From: Monocercomonoides exilis PA203
Taxonomy: Eukaryota > Protista > Preaxostyla
NCBI GenBank assembly: GCA_001643675.2
Contig: LSRY02000036.1
Location: forward strand, 558,001-622,000
Reading direction: 5' to 3'
Length of the DNA stretch: 64,000 bases
Below the pieces are notes generated by a model, which was given only the letters and a program-made list of their open reading frames with translations, ran no database searches and had not been told where the DNA came from. Below, one piece after another: positions 52,833 to 64,000 of this stretch. Made by a program: the position numbers and the translations under genes. Position 1 is the first letter of the stretch. Each line of letters opens with the position of its first letter.

Positions 52833-53309
52833 TCTCACTTTATTCAAGATCGAACTATATATATAATTTAATTAAGAACATGAAATAGTTGAAGATTTGG
52901 GACGAAATAGATTACTTTTTGAATTTTGTTCTACACATTGCTTTCAAAGATTTTTCTCAACTTTTTTATACTTCAATATTTTATTTTGCATGAGGATGCC
53001 AGAATAACAATAATACGATGTGAGAAAAAGTTTGGAACTAATCATTGAATTTTTCATAAATGCAAAAATTCTGTGTCATTTTCTAATTTGAATTAAGATG
53101 GTGATTTTAAATTTTTGCACTTTGATGTGAATAAAGTGACCTCAATACAAATTAACATAGGGCTATTAAAAAATACCTCCATTAATTCAAATTTCTCGAC
53201 TTAATCTGAATTGTATCTATTTTATTTGAATAAACTCTATCTTTTCGAATAAACACGAGATCATTCAAATAAAGTGCGTTTATTAAAATTATAAAAATCC
53301 ATTCATAAT

Positions 53310-54774
53310 TCATCCATTTGCAAAATAATCAGAAATATTTAATGACAATCTAAAATGATATTTTTCTCTGATAAAATAAACCGTTTCATTGAAAGTTGTG
53401 ATGGTATCTTCGTATCCTTCTTCTTCCATCTTTTCAAACACTTTCCTTTTAGTTGCCTTTCTTTTTGCTTCTTCCATTTCATCTTTCTCCTCGTCTTTTA
53501 GTCTTTCTGAAATATTCATAAAGAATCTCAAGCAATCACACATAGCTTCATCTTCCAATGTTGGCTGCTGAAGTTCCTCCAAAATGAGATCAGCAGCTCC
53601 TTCCTTCAAAAAAGCACCAATATTCACAGAGTTGCAACCCGCCGCGTTTGCAAAAGCACATATGAACTGATTGTGAATTCCTCTGTGATTAGCCTTTGAT
53701 GCACGAACCAACTGAGCAATGCTGCCAATAATCTCAGCAAAGCCTTCATTCCACAATGTGCATAAGATAAAGAAATAATCAACTGTATCAAGCCATCTCA
53801 TTAAAATAATCTCTTCTTTTGTCTCTTTTCTTCTCTTTTCATTCTCTTCTTCCTTCGTCTTCCAATCCACACATCTTGTTAGCTCTTTAACTTCTCTTGC
53901 TGATTCTCTCGCAAATTGCAGTTCGTTCACAATAACATCCTCCAAGCTATTGTCACAGTAAAATCGGTTCGTTAAAAGCTCCCAAGCGAACAGATAAGCA
54001 AGTCGAGTCATATTTCTGTGTTTCTGATGATATTGGATAATCTCTTTGATTTCATTCAAATACAATTCTTTATCCATTTTCTTATAAAAAAGAGAGATAA
54101 AAATCAGTAATATCAAAAATGAAATAGAAATGCTCACACTTGAAATCCAATATTGTTCAAAGCCAGCAAAGCCATTTCCACTTTTTTTTGAACTTCCTCG
54201 CTTTCCTCCTTGTTCAATGCAACTTTAAGAAGACAAGGCATGTAAGTTGAAAGCAATTCCTCAGAAGCCCACCTGTTCAACAAAAGATAGCATTCGCAAA
54301 GATCAACAAGACGCTTTTCATTCTTTTCCTCATTTTTCTTTTCTTCTTCAATAATCATCTCTTTTATTCTTTCGCTCAATGAAGAATACGCAAATCCTAA
54401 AACCCGCATATCTTTCAAAACGATGCAATATCCAACATGCTTCAACAGAAAAATCGCATTTCCCATCGAAAGTTTCTCTTCTTTAATCATTTCTTCCATT
54501 TTATTGAACATTTCTTTTGTGAAGACAGATTCAAATTCTTCTTCCTCCATTTCGTCAATTATTACATTCATTTCAAGGATTTTCTGCGTTTGTGCATTCT
54601 CATCGCAATGTTCCAGCTCACCAAGAAATTCTTCGAAAACAATAATAAAATAAATAGAAATGGGCTTTCAAATCACAGAATCATAAACAAACCTGAAAAA
54701 AGTTCGTTTGATGTTATCTTTTTGAGCTCATCGATAGACTTATCAATAGCTCGAAAATCCTTTCTGCTTATCAT
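53310..54774 (-). CDS. 3-exon helical (ARM/HEAT-like) multigene-family protein; exons 54774-54693, 54630-54140, 54080-53310
   Basis: Introns GTTTGT..GAAG (62 nt) and GTGTGA..TAAG (59 nt) give one open frame, paralogous to 42687-44139. Confidence 0.82.
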
Positions 54775-56045
54775 GTTCAGTGAATAACATGTTCATATTC
54801 GTTCTTTTCTCAACAAAATAAACGAAAAATTCAAACATCATTTATTTTCTTTCAAGAAGCAAATCTAGCTTCAACACAAATCGCTTTGTTCTATAAAACA
54901 ATTGTTTTTGCAATAAAAGTTCAACGAGACAGCAGAGTTCGGCTGAACGAGGAAAAAATAGAAAACTTTTTGTTTCTGATTGATCAAACCAACAGAAATT
55001 CATGATGATGATATTTTCCTTTGTCTTTTTTCAATTTGAAGCAAATGCATTCTGAGATGGAATTGCAATCGCTTCTAAGAAGCAAATGAAATTCTTTTTG
55101 TGAGAAAATAGAAACGGGCAAATAAAACGATTCTTGATGAAAAAATATGTCTCATTTGGATTCAACAATTCTGACTGAAACAAGGAGAACAAATGTTTGC
55201 ACACCTTAACAATGTTATCTGTTTTCAACTTGCCTTCTTTTTAATTTTCTTATTAAAATGACTCGTTGAACTGTTGAAGATGAAAGAATTTAACAATCAA
55301 AAAAGATAAGAAGAGCAAAAGAAAAGGGCAATTGTTTCAAAAGAATGCGAATGCAGAACAAACAAATATGAAGAAAGAATGGAACAAAATTCGACAAGCC
55401 CCAAGGAGGCAAGGAGAATTGGGTAATGAGCAAAATGGGCATTATTTGAGAGGCCAACTCCAACAACAAAGCTTTATCATTTTGAAAATCAGACAAAGAC
55501 ACGACAAAAGAAGAAGCAGAAAATGACCTTTTTTTAAACTGCGAATTGTTTTGTAAATTCAACAGAAAAAGCCATTTTTTCCAGACAAAACGAGATGGAA
55601 AAAAGGAAACAGCAAAAGCAACTTGGCCTTGAGAAACACAAAGATGACACACAAATTGCCATTTCTTATTTGGGCGAAAACAATGAACAGACTTCAATGA
55701 AAGGAATTCGTCTTTCTTTTTTTGAGTCTCATTCAATCTGAATGAAGGGAGTGCAGAATTCAATGATTCATGTTCTGATAATACCGTCAGCTCAGATGAA
55801 AGAAAAAATCGAATTATTCGATTTGTCTTGTTTGATTGAGCATTTCATGTTCAGTTGAATTCAATAGAATAACCAGATGAATGAATGAACGATGTCTCAT
55901 TAATTGTTCATTTTATTTCTGTGTTCAACATCACTTTCCAACAGAAAAGCCTTCTTTTTCTCGGTTTCTTCTTTTAATCCCACTGAATATATTGTCAACC
56001 TCGTCATCATCGCTTTCTTCTCATTTTTCACCTTCTTCTTCTTCT
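53310..56045 (-). repeat. Inverted segmental duplication, arm 2
   Basis: Reverse complement of 41420-44139. Confidence 0.92.
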
Positions 56046-56529
56046 CCTTCACCTTCTCCTCCTTCTTCAGCTTTTTTCTCTTCTGCTTTATCATTTCCTT
56101 CGTCTTCTTCTTCCTCTCCTTCCTCTTCTTCTCCTTCTCCTTCTCCTTCTCCTTCTCCTTCTCCAACTGCTGATATTGCTGATTAAATACAAATGAATCA
56201 TTTTCTGTGTTTTGTTCTGCCTTTCTATGAGCCAAATGAAGAGAAGGTGATCTTTTAATCTCATTCAATTCATCAAAAAAACAGAAACAGCAGAAGAATC
56301 AGAAATTCTGTTAACTTTGTTGAAAATAAAGGAAATTGCTTTGTTTAATTCATCATTTGAGATATTCTTTGGAGAAGAAGAGGAGGAGGAGAAAGAGGAG
56401 AAAGAGGAGAAAGAGGAGAAAGAGGAGAAAGACGAAGAGAAAGAAGGCGGAAGATGAATGAAATGTTTTATTGAAGGAAAGGTAAAGGAAAGACATATTG
56501 TCAACAGAAGAAGAAGAAGAAGAAGAATT

Positions 56530-56925
56530 TTCTTTTCTGTATGTGGATATGCTCCGTTTACCCAATAGCGCACTCTTTTATCATTAGTTGTTGTATAAGA
56601 CTTATCGAAAGGGTTATTCGATGTGAAGAGATTTTTATTGTCTTGAAAATACACATCGTGGCCATATGGAGTGGAAGTGGTTGAGCACCTGCAATCGTGG
56701 AAGAAGAAGAAACAGCAATAATGATTGTCGCTTGGAGCTATTGATTGACTTGGATTAAAATCCAATCCTCCGCCAAACGATACAGCTGAGCACGAAATGA
56801 ACTGGAGGCTCCTCATTTTGAATTGTGTGATTGGAACATATGAGCAATACATCCCTCCGCCATATTGACCTGTCGGCGAGCATGAAGTGAATAAACACTC
56901 AAGCACACAGGCACGCTCCATATTT
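56530..56925 (-). pseudogene. Isolated fragment of a Cys-rich GGG/GGA-repeat (PMP/pectin-lyase-like beta-helix) surface protein
   Basis: CLFTSCS...YGGGMY and QFISCSA..FGGGLDF repeats, plus YGHDVYF. Runs into low-complexity DNA at both ends. Confidence 0.6.
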
Positions 56926-57503
56926 TTATTTACTGTTCTGATACAGCCAGATCCTGAAATAGTGAATATTTAGATAAATATATCTCATCTATGAAAAGTG
57001 CTTTTATTTTAGATTTATCTAATTCAATTTTTCTTTTTCTTTTTTGTTTTTTGTTACTTCTTCAAATTTCACATTCCGTCTCATCTGCTCGCATTTTTGT
57101 TAATATTTTCTTTTCAAATGCTGCAAACCACGCAATTCTTTTATATCCCATCTCCTTCAGTGGAAAATTTCTGACAATCATTTTTTTAAAATTGGAGACC
57201 ATCACAGATTGACAAAAATTTATTATTATTTCTTTTTCGATTATATTAAGTGATTGTGTTGGATCATTCATGGTTTTTCAATACTTCTTTCTTCGAAAGA
57301 GGTTTTCAAATTTTTGAAAAATGATTAACTGGAATTTAATAACTCTTTTTTGGAATAAATATTTTTTGTTTAAATGAACTGGGTAATCTTGAATAAACAC
57401 TGATTATTTGAAATAAAAATTTTTCTTCCATAAATTCTTCTTTTTCTCATTGTATAAAATGAATCTCGAAATGTTAGATTAAAATTTCGAAATATTTATG
57501 TCA

Positions 57504-59792
57504 ACCCATAACGAAACAGAATTATTGAAAGATCAAACATATTTGTTGAATCGCTTGTTTGCAAGCAACAAGCAATTGCAGTTCACATAAAATAACAAGG
57601 AAATGGGAAATAAAGTTGATACGATGAATCCTAAGAGAGATGCATATGGATGTACAAAAGCCATGAATTGGATAAGGTACAAAAAAACTGAACCACCAAA
57701 GAGTATGAAGCATGATATCACGCTTAAAGATGTAGACGGACGAACAATGGCAATGCACTGGATTGCAATCGTCAAATCAGATCCTCCAGAATGGATGAGA
57801 CATGATGCCACACTTACAGATACAAACGAAGAGACGATGGCCATGCAATGGATTCAGTTTGTTCAAACAGAACCACCAAAATGGATGAGGCATGATATAA
57901 CACTTGGCAATAAAGGCGGATGGACACTGGCCATGATATGGGTTGAAAATGTGAAAACAGATCCACCAGAATGGATGAGACACGATATCACACTTGGCAA
58001 TAAAGGCGGATGGACGATGGCCATGCTGTGGACTTATCATGTTAAAACAGATCCACCAGAATGGATGAGACACGATATCACACTTGGCAATAAAGGCGGA
58101 TGGACGATGGCAATGCTGTGGACTTATCATGTTAAAACAGAACCACCAGAATGGATGAAGCATGATACTTCGCTTGTGAACAAAAATGGGTGTACAATGG
58201 CTATGAACTGGATTTTAGATGTGAAGACAGAACCACCAATTTGGCTGAGACACGATGCAGAGCTTAAGGATAGAAATGGAATGACTTTGGCCATGAATTG
58301 GATTATTTTGAAAGAAAATACTCCACCGGAATGGATGAGGCACGATGCTGCACTTGCGAACAATGATGGCTGGACGATGGCAATGCTGTGGATAAGTAAA
58401 GTTAAAACGGATGTTCTGGGATGGATGAGACATGACATCACCCTGCGCAACAAGGACGGATGGACGATGGCGATGATCTGGATTGAAAATGTGAAAACAG
58501 AGCCACCGGAATGGATGAGGCACGACGTAACGCTTGCGAACAATGATGGATGGACGATGGATATGCTGTGGATAAAGCACATCAAAACAAACCCTCCTGA
58601 GTGGATGAAGGCGGACAAAGCACCTCACGATAAAGAAAAGAGAAGAGAGGGAGCGAGCTGTGAAAATGAGAGAAAATGTGAAAGTTTGGAGGGAGGAAAG
58701 GACGAAGCGAAAGGTTATGACAGAAATGGAAGAACAGAGGCGATGAACTGGATTATCGAAAAAAAAGCAGAGCCTCCAGAGGAAATGAGGCACGAGGCGA
58801 CAGAGGGAGACGAGGAAGGAAGAACAATGGCGATGCTGTGGATAGAGAATGTGAAGAGCGAACCTCCGGAATGGATGAGGCACGATGTGGGGCGTGGGGA
58901 CATGTATGGGAGAACGATGGCGATGACATGGATTGTGAACGTGAAAACAGAGCCGCCGGAGTGGATGAGGCACAGAGGGATGCAAGTGGACAAGGACGGG
59001 TGGACTATGGCGATGCACTGGATCAGGCACGTCAAATCAGAACCACCAGAGTGGATGCGGCACGAGGTTACGGTTGGGGATGAGAACGGATGGACAATGG
59101 CGATGCATTGGATTGGGGATGTTCAGACAGAGCCTCCGGAGTGGATGAGACACGAGGCAGTGTTTAGTGACCAGAATGGAATGACGATGGCTATGCACTG
59201 GATTACGTGGGTGAAGACAGCACCGCCAGAGTGGATGAGGCACAGAACGACACAAGTGGACAAGAGCGGGAGGACGATGGCGATGCTGTGGATTGCGAAT
59301 GTTAAGAGCGAACCGCCGGAGTGGATGAGGCACGATGCAAACATCAGCAACAAGGAAGGGTGGACGATGAAGACATTTTGGAAGAACTATGTTGAGAGCG
59401 AGGTTCCGGGATGGATGAAAGGAGATTGCTAAGTTTGAGTGAATGCTTTGATTGTTCGGCTGCTGTTTGGATGGCTGAACAAATACCATGCAACGATTGA
59501 AATGAACGTCATGCCATTGTTTTTTGATTTCTTCTTATTTTTTGGTACAACTTTTCATTTTTTCAGAATAATAATTAAAGATGTTTTATTGCTTGATATT
59601 TTTCATTTTTGTATCTCTGCATTCAATTTGTATCTATTTGTTAATTTTATTGCTTGTTGATTTGAGACACACTTCAGCATTTTCCAACGGTTTTCTATTG
59701 ATTACAAACAAAAGACATCACTTCATGGTGATTTAAAGTTTACTGTCTTTCAAAACCTGTTATTTCTCTATGTCTGAAACAATCTTCTAAAA
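57504..59792 (+). repeat. Segmental duplication, copy B (direct repeat of 35629-38008)
   Basis: Shared flanks and gene. Confidence 0.92.
57603..59432 (+). CDS. 609-aa paralog with nineteen 30-aa Trp/Met/His-rich tandem repeats
   Basis: Intact ORF. 11 repeats, linker, 8 repeats. Exact 90-bp period visible at 57901, 57991 and 58081. Confidence 0.9.
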   Translation: MGNKVDTMNPKRDAYGCTKAMNWIRYKKTEPPKSMKHDITLKDVDGRTMAMHWIAIVKSDPPEWMRHDATLTDTNEETMAMQWIQFVQTEPPKWMRHDITLGNKGGWTLAMIWVENVKTDPPEWMRHDITLGNKGGWTMAMLWTYHVKTDPPEWMRHDITLGNKGGWTMAMLWTYHVKTEPPEWMKHDTSLVNKNGCTMAMNWILDVKTEPPIWLRHDAELKDRNGMTLAMNWIILKENTPPEWMRHDAALANNDGWTMAMLWISKVKTDVLGWMRHDITLRNKDGWTMAMIWIENVKTEPPEWMRHDVTLANNDGWTMDMLWIKHIKTNPPEWMKADKAPHDKEKRREGASCENERKCESLEGGKDEAKGYDRNGRTEAMNWIIEKKAEPPEEMRHEATEGDEEGRTMAMLWIENVKSEPPEWMRHDVGRGDMYGRTMAMTWIVNVKTEPPEWMRHRGMQVDKDGWTMAMHWIRHVKSEPPEWMRHEVTVGDENGWTMAMHWIGDVQTEPPEWMRHEAVFSDQNGMTMAMHWITWVKTAPPEWMRHRTTQVDKSGRTMAMLWIANVKSEPPEWMRHDANISNKEGWTMKTFWKNYVESEVPGWMKGDC

Positions 59793-59895
59793 GTACATCA
59801 TAAATTGTTCTCAATCGAAAAACTTAAAAGCAAAGTCGAAAAACATTCAAACGAAATTTTTAATCTTTATTTAAGATCGAAATTTTGATAATCTG

Positions 59896-60148
59896 GGTGA
59901 TTATTTTTGAAATCATAACTTTTTTCGATATGTTATTCTTTCAAATTCTGCTTGTCATTGGGAAAAGCTTTAGAATTCAAATGCTTAATTTATCACAAAT
60001 GTTAAGAGAATAAGTGAATCTGCTGAAATAAAGATGAGAATTTTTCTTATTAACCTTTTCACTATTCTGTGATCATTTATTTTTATCCAAAGAAAATTTT
60101 TGAACAGAAAAATTTGAATGAAATAAAATGATTTCAAAAATAATCACC
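59896..60148. mobile_element. ~250-bp MITE-like element (copy 2) with perfect 21-bp TIRs
   Basis: GGTGATTATTTTTGAAATCAT at 59896-59916 and its exact reverse complement at 60128-60148. Confidence 0.75.
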
Positions 60149-60240
60149 TATATTGTGAATGGAAATGTTTTCATATTTTTTTAATTTTTGAGTTTTTCTT
60201 TTCGGAATATATTTTTCAATCAAAACAAAATTGAATTCGC

Positions 60241-60490
60241 ATGACTAATTTTTTTTTTTTTGAAAACTTCCTTTTGTTTAAATTTCAAATAAAACAGAAA
60301 TTTCATATATCAATCATATTTCGGTTCTCAATCACCAAATTTTACTGTGATGAAAACAAATACTTGACAATTTTATAATTTCCTTTTTAATGAAGTTTTA
60401 TTCATTGGAACAGAAAATTGATGAAAACATGAAATTAATATTTTATTTGAAAATTAAACAAAAGGAAGTTTTCAAAAAAGATTAGCCACA
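60241..60490. repeat. ~250-bp foldback / MITE-like inverted repeat
   Basis: TTTGAAAACTTCCTTTTGTTTAAATTTCAAATAAAA (~60259-60294) pairs with TTTTATTTGAAAATTAAACAAAAGGAAGTTTTCAAA (~60441-60476); weaker pairing extends both ways. Confidence 0.8.
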
Positions 60491-60864
60491 TAACTTGATA
60501 TGAATTTCTTTTCTTCTTCCTCTTCCTCTTCTTTATTTACGTATTCCGCCTTTGAATAAAATTATTTATTATTTCTGTTTCCAATAACAATCCCCATTAA
60601 TAACCAACCCTTCCAAAAATTTTAATAATAACATTAAAAAAGTACATGCAAATTGTAATTTTGCAACAACGTTCAAAAAAATAATGAGTTAACAAATAAA
60701 ATTTGATAGTTATGTAAATAATAAACACTTTGCATGATATTTCACAAAAAATTTGAAAATGTTCATAAAGAACATCTTTTCGCAACTCACGAGAGAAAAA
60801 AATCGAAAATTTGACTTTGGTATCCTTATTGTCACCGCTGAGCGCAATATATGTTTAGATGAGT

Positions 60865-63054
60865 CTAATTGTTGCTTTCTTTATTTAATTCTCCAATTCT
60901 CTCTACTTCATTCTCTATTTCATCTTCTTTTTCATCACCATATTTGATGACGCTGCCGTTGCTTTCCTCTTCCTCTTTTTCATTCATCTCTTCTTCTTCT
61001 TCTTCTTCCTCTTTTTCTTCCTCTTCCTCTTCTGAATCATTTATCGTCTCTCTTTCCATCACCCTTTCTTTTTCTTTTTCCTGCTTTTTCATCAGTTCAA
61101 TCAAATGCTGTTTTTCTTCCTCAGCCTGTACCTCCATCATTTTGTCTATTCTCTCCTTCTCCTTCTCCTTCTCCTTCTCCTTCTCCTTCTCCTTCTCTTC
61201 TCTGTCTCTCTGCAGCTGCCTCACATCAAATGTAGGCACGATGGGCTCTCTGCTCCTTTTCTTCTGTTCAGCCGAGTGCGCTTGGGCATTACGTGCCTCG
61301 TGTCCACCTTTCAGATTTATCTCTTTCTCGGCTTGCGATTCTTCACATGTAGAACAATGTTCAGCAAATGCTTCATCTGATGCTTCCTCTTTCTTATCTT
61401 CATTTTGGCCTTTCTGACGAGAGTCGTAAAACGAAGAAGGAAACGAAGCAATTTGCTTGCTAAGCTGTGGGACAGAAGAATTGCGTGGTAGATGATTGCT
61501 TGAATCAAAAGGCTTAACTTCTCTTTCCGCTTTTAAACTATTGACTGCTTCGTTCAATCTGCCAACTTTCTCTTTCTCGTTTTCTTCTGTGCATTTTGGG
61601 CTTTCACGCGTTGCATCTTCGTAATTGCCTTCTTCATCTTCTTCGTTTATAAGAAGAAGGTAGCTTGACTTCAGCATTGGGACAGACTGACTAAAAGGGG
61701 ACGAAAGGCCCTGCTCAGCAGTGAAATGAGACGATGACGGAGAAGAGCCAGAGGAAGAGGAAGAGGAAGCGCATGCAATCGACGAGGAAAGTGAAGCATG
61801 TGATGCTGATTGAATGTGACTGGCAGATGGAGTAGTCGGTGCTGGAGAGGTTGTGAAAGGAAAGACAAACTGGGAGAATTCGGAAGGCGGAGAGGGAAAC
61901 TGAGGAGGCAAAAAGTGAAGCGAACGCGAAGTCAAAGGCGTTGAGGAGGCAGATGTGGAGGCAGTTGATGGTCTTCGAGCGCTTCGTGGGGTGGTTTCCT
62001 GCGAAGCAAGCATCGATGCAACAAATGGGTTAGGAATGGCAGCACGCATCTTCGCCATCTCTGCTTCTTGGGCCTGCTTAAAGGGGGACACAGGAAGTGG
62101 AGAAGAAGTGATAGTCTTAAAGGCGTTTGTTGGAAGAGGTGGAAGTGTTTTTGTTGAAGGTGATGGAGTGGCCAAAAAAATGTTGAATACAGATGAAGAT
62201 TCAGGGGTTGAGGAAACAGATTTGCATTTAGCAACAGACTGTTCCAAAGAAGTTGAAGCAGAAGGAGTTGAAAATGAGCTTGAGGCAAGTGAAGCTTTTG
62301 AGTTTAAGGAATGAGAAGATGATGTTGGAGTTTCACAGTTAGATGGAGAAGATGAATGAACTAAGTTTTTTTCATTATGATTTGAAAATGGATTTTCTTG
62401 CTGTAAATTAGGGCGTGGAGGCGTAAACACGGAAGAAGCTGGACTTAAACAAGAATTATTATGTACAAGTGTAATATTATTAAGTCCATTATTGCGTAAA
62501 TCTTTATTTGAAGCAGAAAGAAGAGGAGATTCTTTAATTTGAATGTTTTCACGAGGAGGAGATATTACCGGTGAAAATGCCGCAGCCCCTGACGCGGATA
62601 TAGTTTTATTATTACAGAAGCAATTTGTTATTCCGTTTGTCGATGAGCTTGAAAGACTTTGCTGTAATGAAATATCTGCATCCTTATCTTCAAAAAAATG
62701 GATAAATTCCCTGAATATACTCATTCTACTTTGATCGTCAATTTCACGTCGAAGTATAAAGCTATGTGCGAATTTTTCTCCTTTCCAAGGCCCAGAATCA
62801 GCCTCACATGAGCATTGGATGAATACAAAGGGCTCGAATCTGTTAGATAATAAGGAATAAACATTCACATGGTTATCCTTATAGCTCTTATTGCTTTCAT
62901 CGATTTGTTGAAGTCCAAAAAATGTTTTTGTGGTTCCTTTGCGCAAAACTAATTTAATTGCATCCACAGAATAGAGTTCAGACAGTCTTTTCAGATCAAA
63001 TACAGCTTCTTTATAAAACAAATTAATAAACTCCTTTGCAACGGTCCCTTCCAT
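60865..63054 (-). CDS. Protein with N-terminal NTF2-like domain, long Ser/Pro-rich disordered region and acidic coiled-coil tail (~729 aa)
   Basis: From ATG 63054: VAKEFINLFY...LSELYS...KFAHSFILRR...IFREFIHF matches the NTF2 pattern by eye. Intact ORF. Confidence 0.7.
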   Translation of the reverse strand: MEGTVAKEFINLFYKEAVFDLKRLSELYSVDAIKLVLRKGTTKTFFGLQQIDESNKSYKDNHVNVYSLLSNRFEPFVFIQCSCEADSGPWKGEKFAHSFILRREIDDQSRMSIFREFIHFFEDKDADISLQQSLSSSSTNGITNCFCNNKTISASGAAAFSPVISPPRENIQIKESPLLSASNKDLRNNGLNNITLVHNNSCLSPASSVFTPPRPNLQQENPFSNHNEKNLVHSSSPSNCETPTSSSHSLNSKASLASSSFSTPSASTSLEQSVAKCKSVSSTPESSSVFNIFLATPSPSTKTLPPLPTNAFKTITSSPLPVSPFKQAQEAEMAKMRAAIPNPFVASMLASQETTPRSARRPSTASTSASSTPLTSRSLHFLPPQFPSPPSEFSQFVFPFTTSPAPTTPSASHIQSASHASLSSSIACASSSSSSGSSPSSSHFTAEQGLSSPFSQSVPMLKSSYLLLINEEDEEGNYEDATRESPKCTEENEKEKVGRLNEAVNSLKAEREVKPFDSSNHLPRNSSVPQLSKQIASFPSSFYDSRQKGQNEDKKEEASDEAFAEHCSTCEESQAEKEINLKGGHEARNAQAHSAEQKKRSREPIVPTFDVRQLQRDREEKEKEKEKEKEKEKERIDKMMEVQAEEEKQHLIELMKKQEKEKERVMERETINDSEEEEEEKEEEEEEEEMNEKEEEESNGSVIKYGDEKEDEIENEVERIGELNKESNN

Positions 63055-63163
63055 AAACAAACTATAAAAATGTTTGATAAATAAGAAAAATAATGATTGA
63101 AATAAGACTGCAATCACTTATGGGTAATTTTCGAATAAAAAAATATTGGCATATGGATCAAAA
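63055..63163. promoter_or_regulatory. Putative compact bidirectional promoter (109 bp between start codons)
   Basis: AT-rich spacer between divergent ATGs at 63054 (-) and 63164 (+). Confidence 0.55.
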
Positions 63164-64000
63164 ATGAATAAAGATCCTGAGAATCCTAAGGATCCTGAAA
63201 TTGTAGAGAATAAAGAAATACAATCTTCATCGAAATCTGAAGAAAAAGATGAAAATGAGGAAGAGGCACCAAAGCCAAAGCAAGTGATTAGATTTGTTCC
63301 TCGGAAAGCGGTTCGTTTCAGAGCTAGAGCGCCTCCTCCACCATCAGAAGCACCAAAAGTTCCAAGTCAATTTTCACAATTTACAGATAATATGATGCAA
63401 AAGATTTTGATGCAATTAAGCCATGAAGACAAACTCAAAGCTGCACTTGTTTGTTCAAAGTGGCGCGATTTGATTTGGGGAATGACGACAAGTGTTTGAA
63501 GTCTTTCACTATAAACCATTTTAAACATGATGTTTGCATATATATTTTTAAAGATTGATTTGACAGGTACAACAGCAAAAGCGTTTGCAATTGGACGTTC
63601 ACTTTCCAGATTCACTTCATTGAAACAAATAAAATTGCCATTGCAAAGTGCAGACATATTATGTCGAACAGTGGCACAAACATGCCCTAACCTTGAAGTT
63701 CTTCTTTTTTCGCATCCAGTTCGTGATGTTAACATTGCCGCATCGCAGAAACTTGCTGATCTCACATCTTCTCTTCGGCGAGGAATTGCGCAGGGTTTTA
63801 AACTTCGGCACACATCCGCTTCATCAAGCGATAAAGATAGTGCTTCAAGTGATGATTCTAAAAAGTCATCAGACATGAGTTCATTAGTGCAGATTACTCC
63901 TCCTAACAAGCACATTAGACAATTGTCTTCAACATCTCCATCAACCCCGTCGCCAATCCTTGGAACATCATATGGGGTGCTGACGCCTTCTCCTACATCG
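63164..64000 (+). CDS. F-box/LRR protein, 3'-partial; exons 63164-63493 and 63554->64000
   Basis: F-box motif FSQFTDNMMQKILMQLSHEDKLKAALVCSKWRDLIW. A 60-nt intron GTTTGA..AAAG (63494-63553) joins it to IDLTG...FTSLKQIKLP...VAQTCPNLEVLLF (LRR-like). Open to the window end. Confidence 0.8.

Noticed and set aside
50262-52847. Recent bacterial transfer of the intronless GH31, and the TTG start at 52847
   Set aside because: Signal peptide and motif layout fit eukaryotic secreted GH31s, other host genes here are also intronless, and ATG 52832 is the better start. Phylogeny would be needed to say more.
35971-59489. Antisense repeat ORFs opposite the two repeat-protein genes
   Set aside because: Periodic shadows of the sense-strand repeat; fragmented, and present only where the sense gene is.

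Overview
AT-rich eukaryotic (protist) DNA read with the standard genetic code, with short GT-AG introns (57-82 nt). Composition and gene families strongly suggest an oxymonad such as Monocercomonoides (inference, no search run). 1-27.8 kb is the 3' part of one giant intronless ORF (>9,270 codons, open past the left edge): helical ARM/HEAT-like islands in poly-Ser and Glu/Lys tracts. 28.1-35.2 kb is a transposon cluster: a MITE-like repeat, a 165-bp hairpin, and a decayed hAT element with TIRs that also encloses a 5'-truncated kinase-like gene. 35.6-59.8 kb is a duplicated block. Two direct copies of a gene for an unfamiliar 30-aa Trp/Met/His-rich tandem-repeat protein, with shuffled N-terminal units, bracket a 1.55-kb A/T-only satellite, an inverted pair plus a third decayed copy of a 3-exon helical-repeat gene, a Merlin transposase pseudogene, a ~250-bp MITE, and a secreted GH31 alpha-glucosidase whose catalytic acid/base Asp is replaced by Glu. 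The window ends with a head-to-head NTF2-like gene and an F-box/LRR gene.
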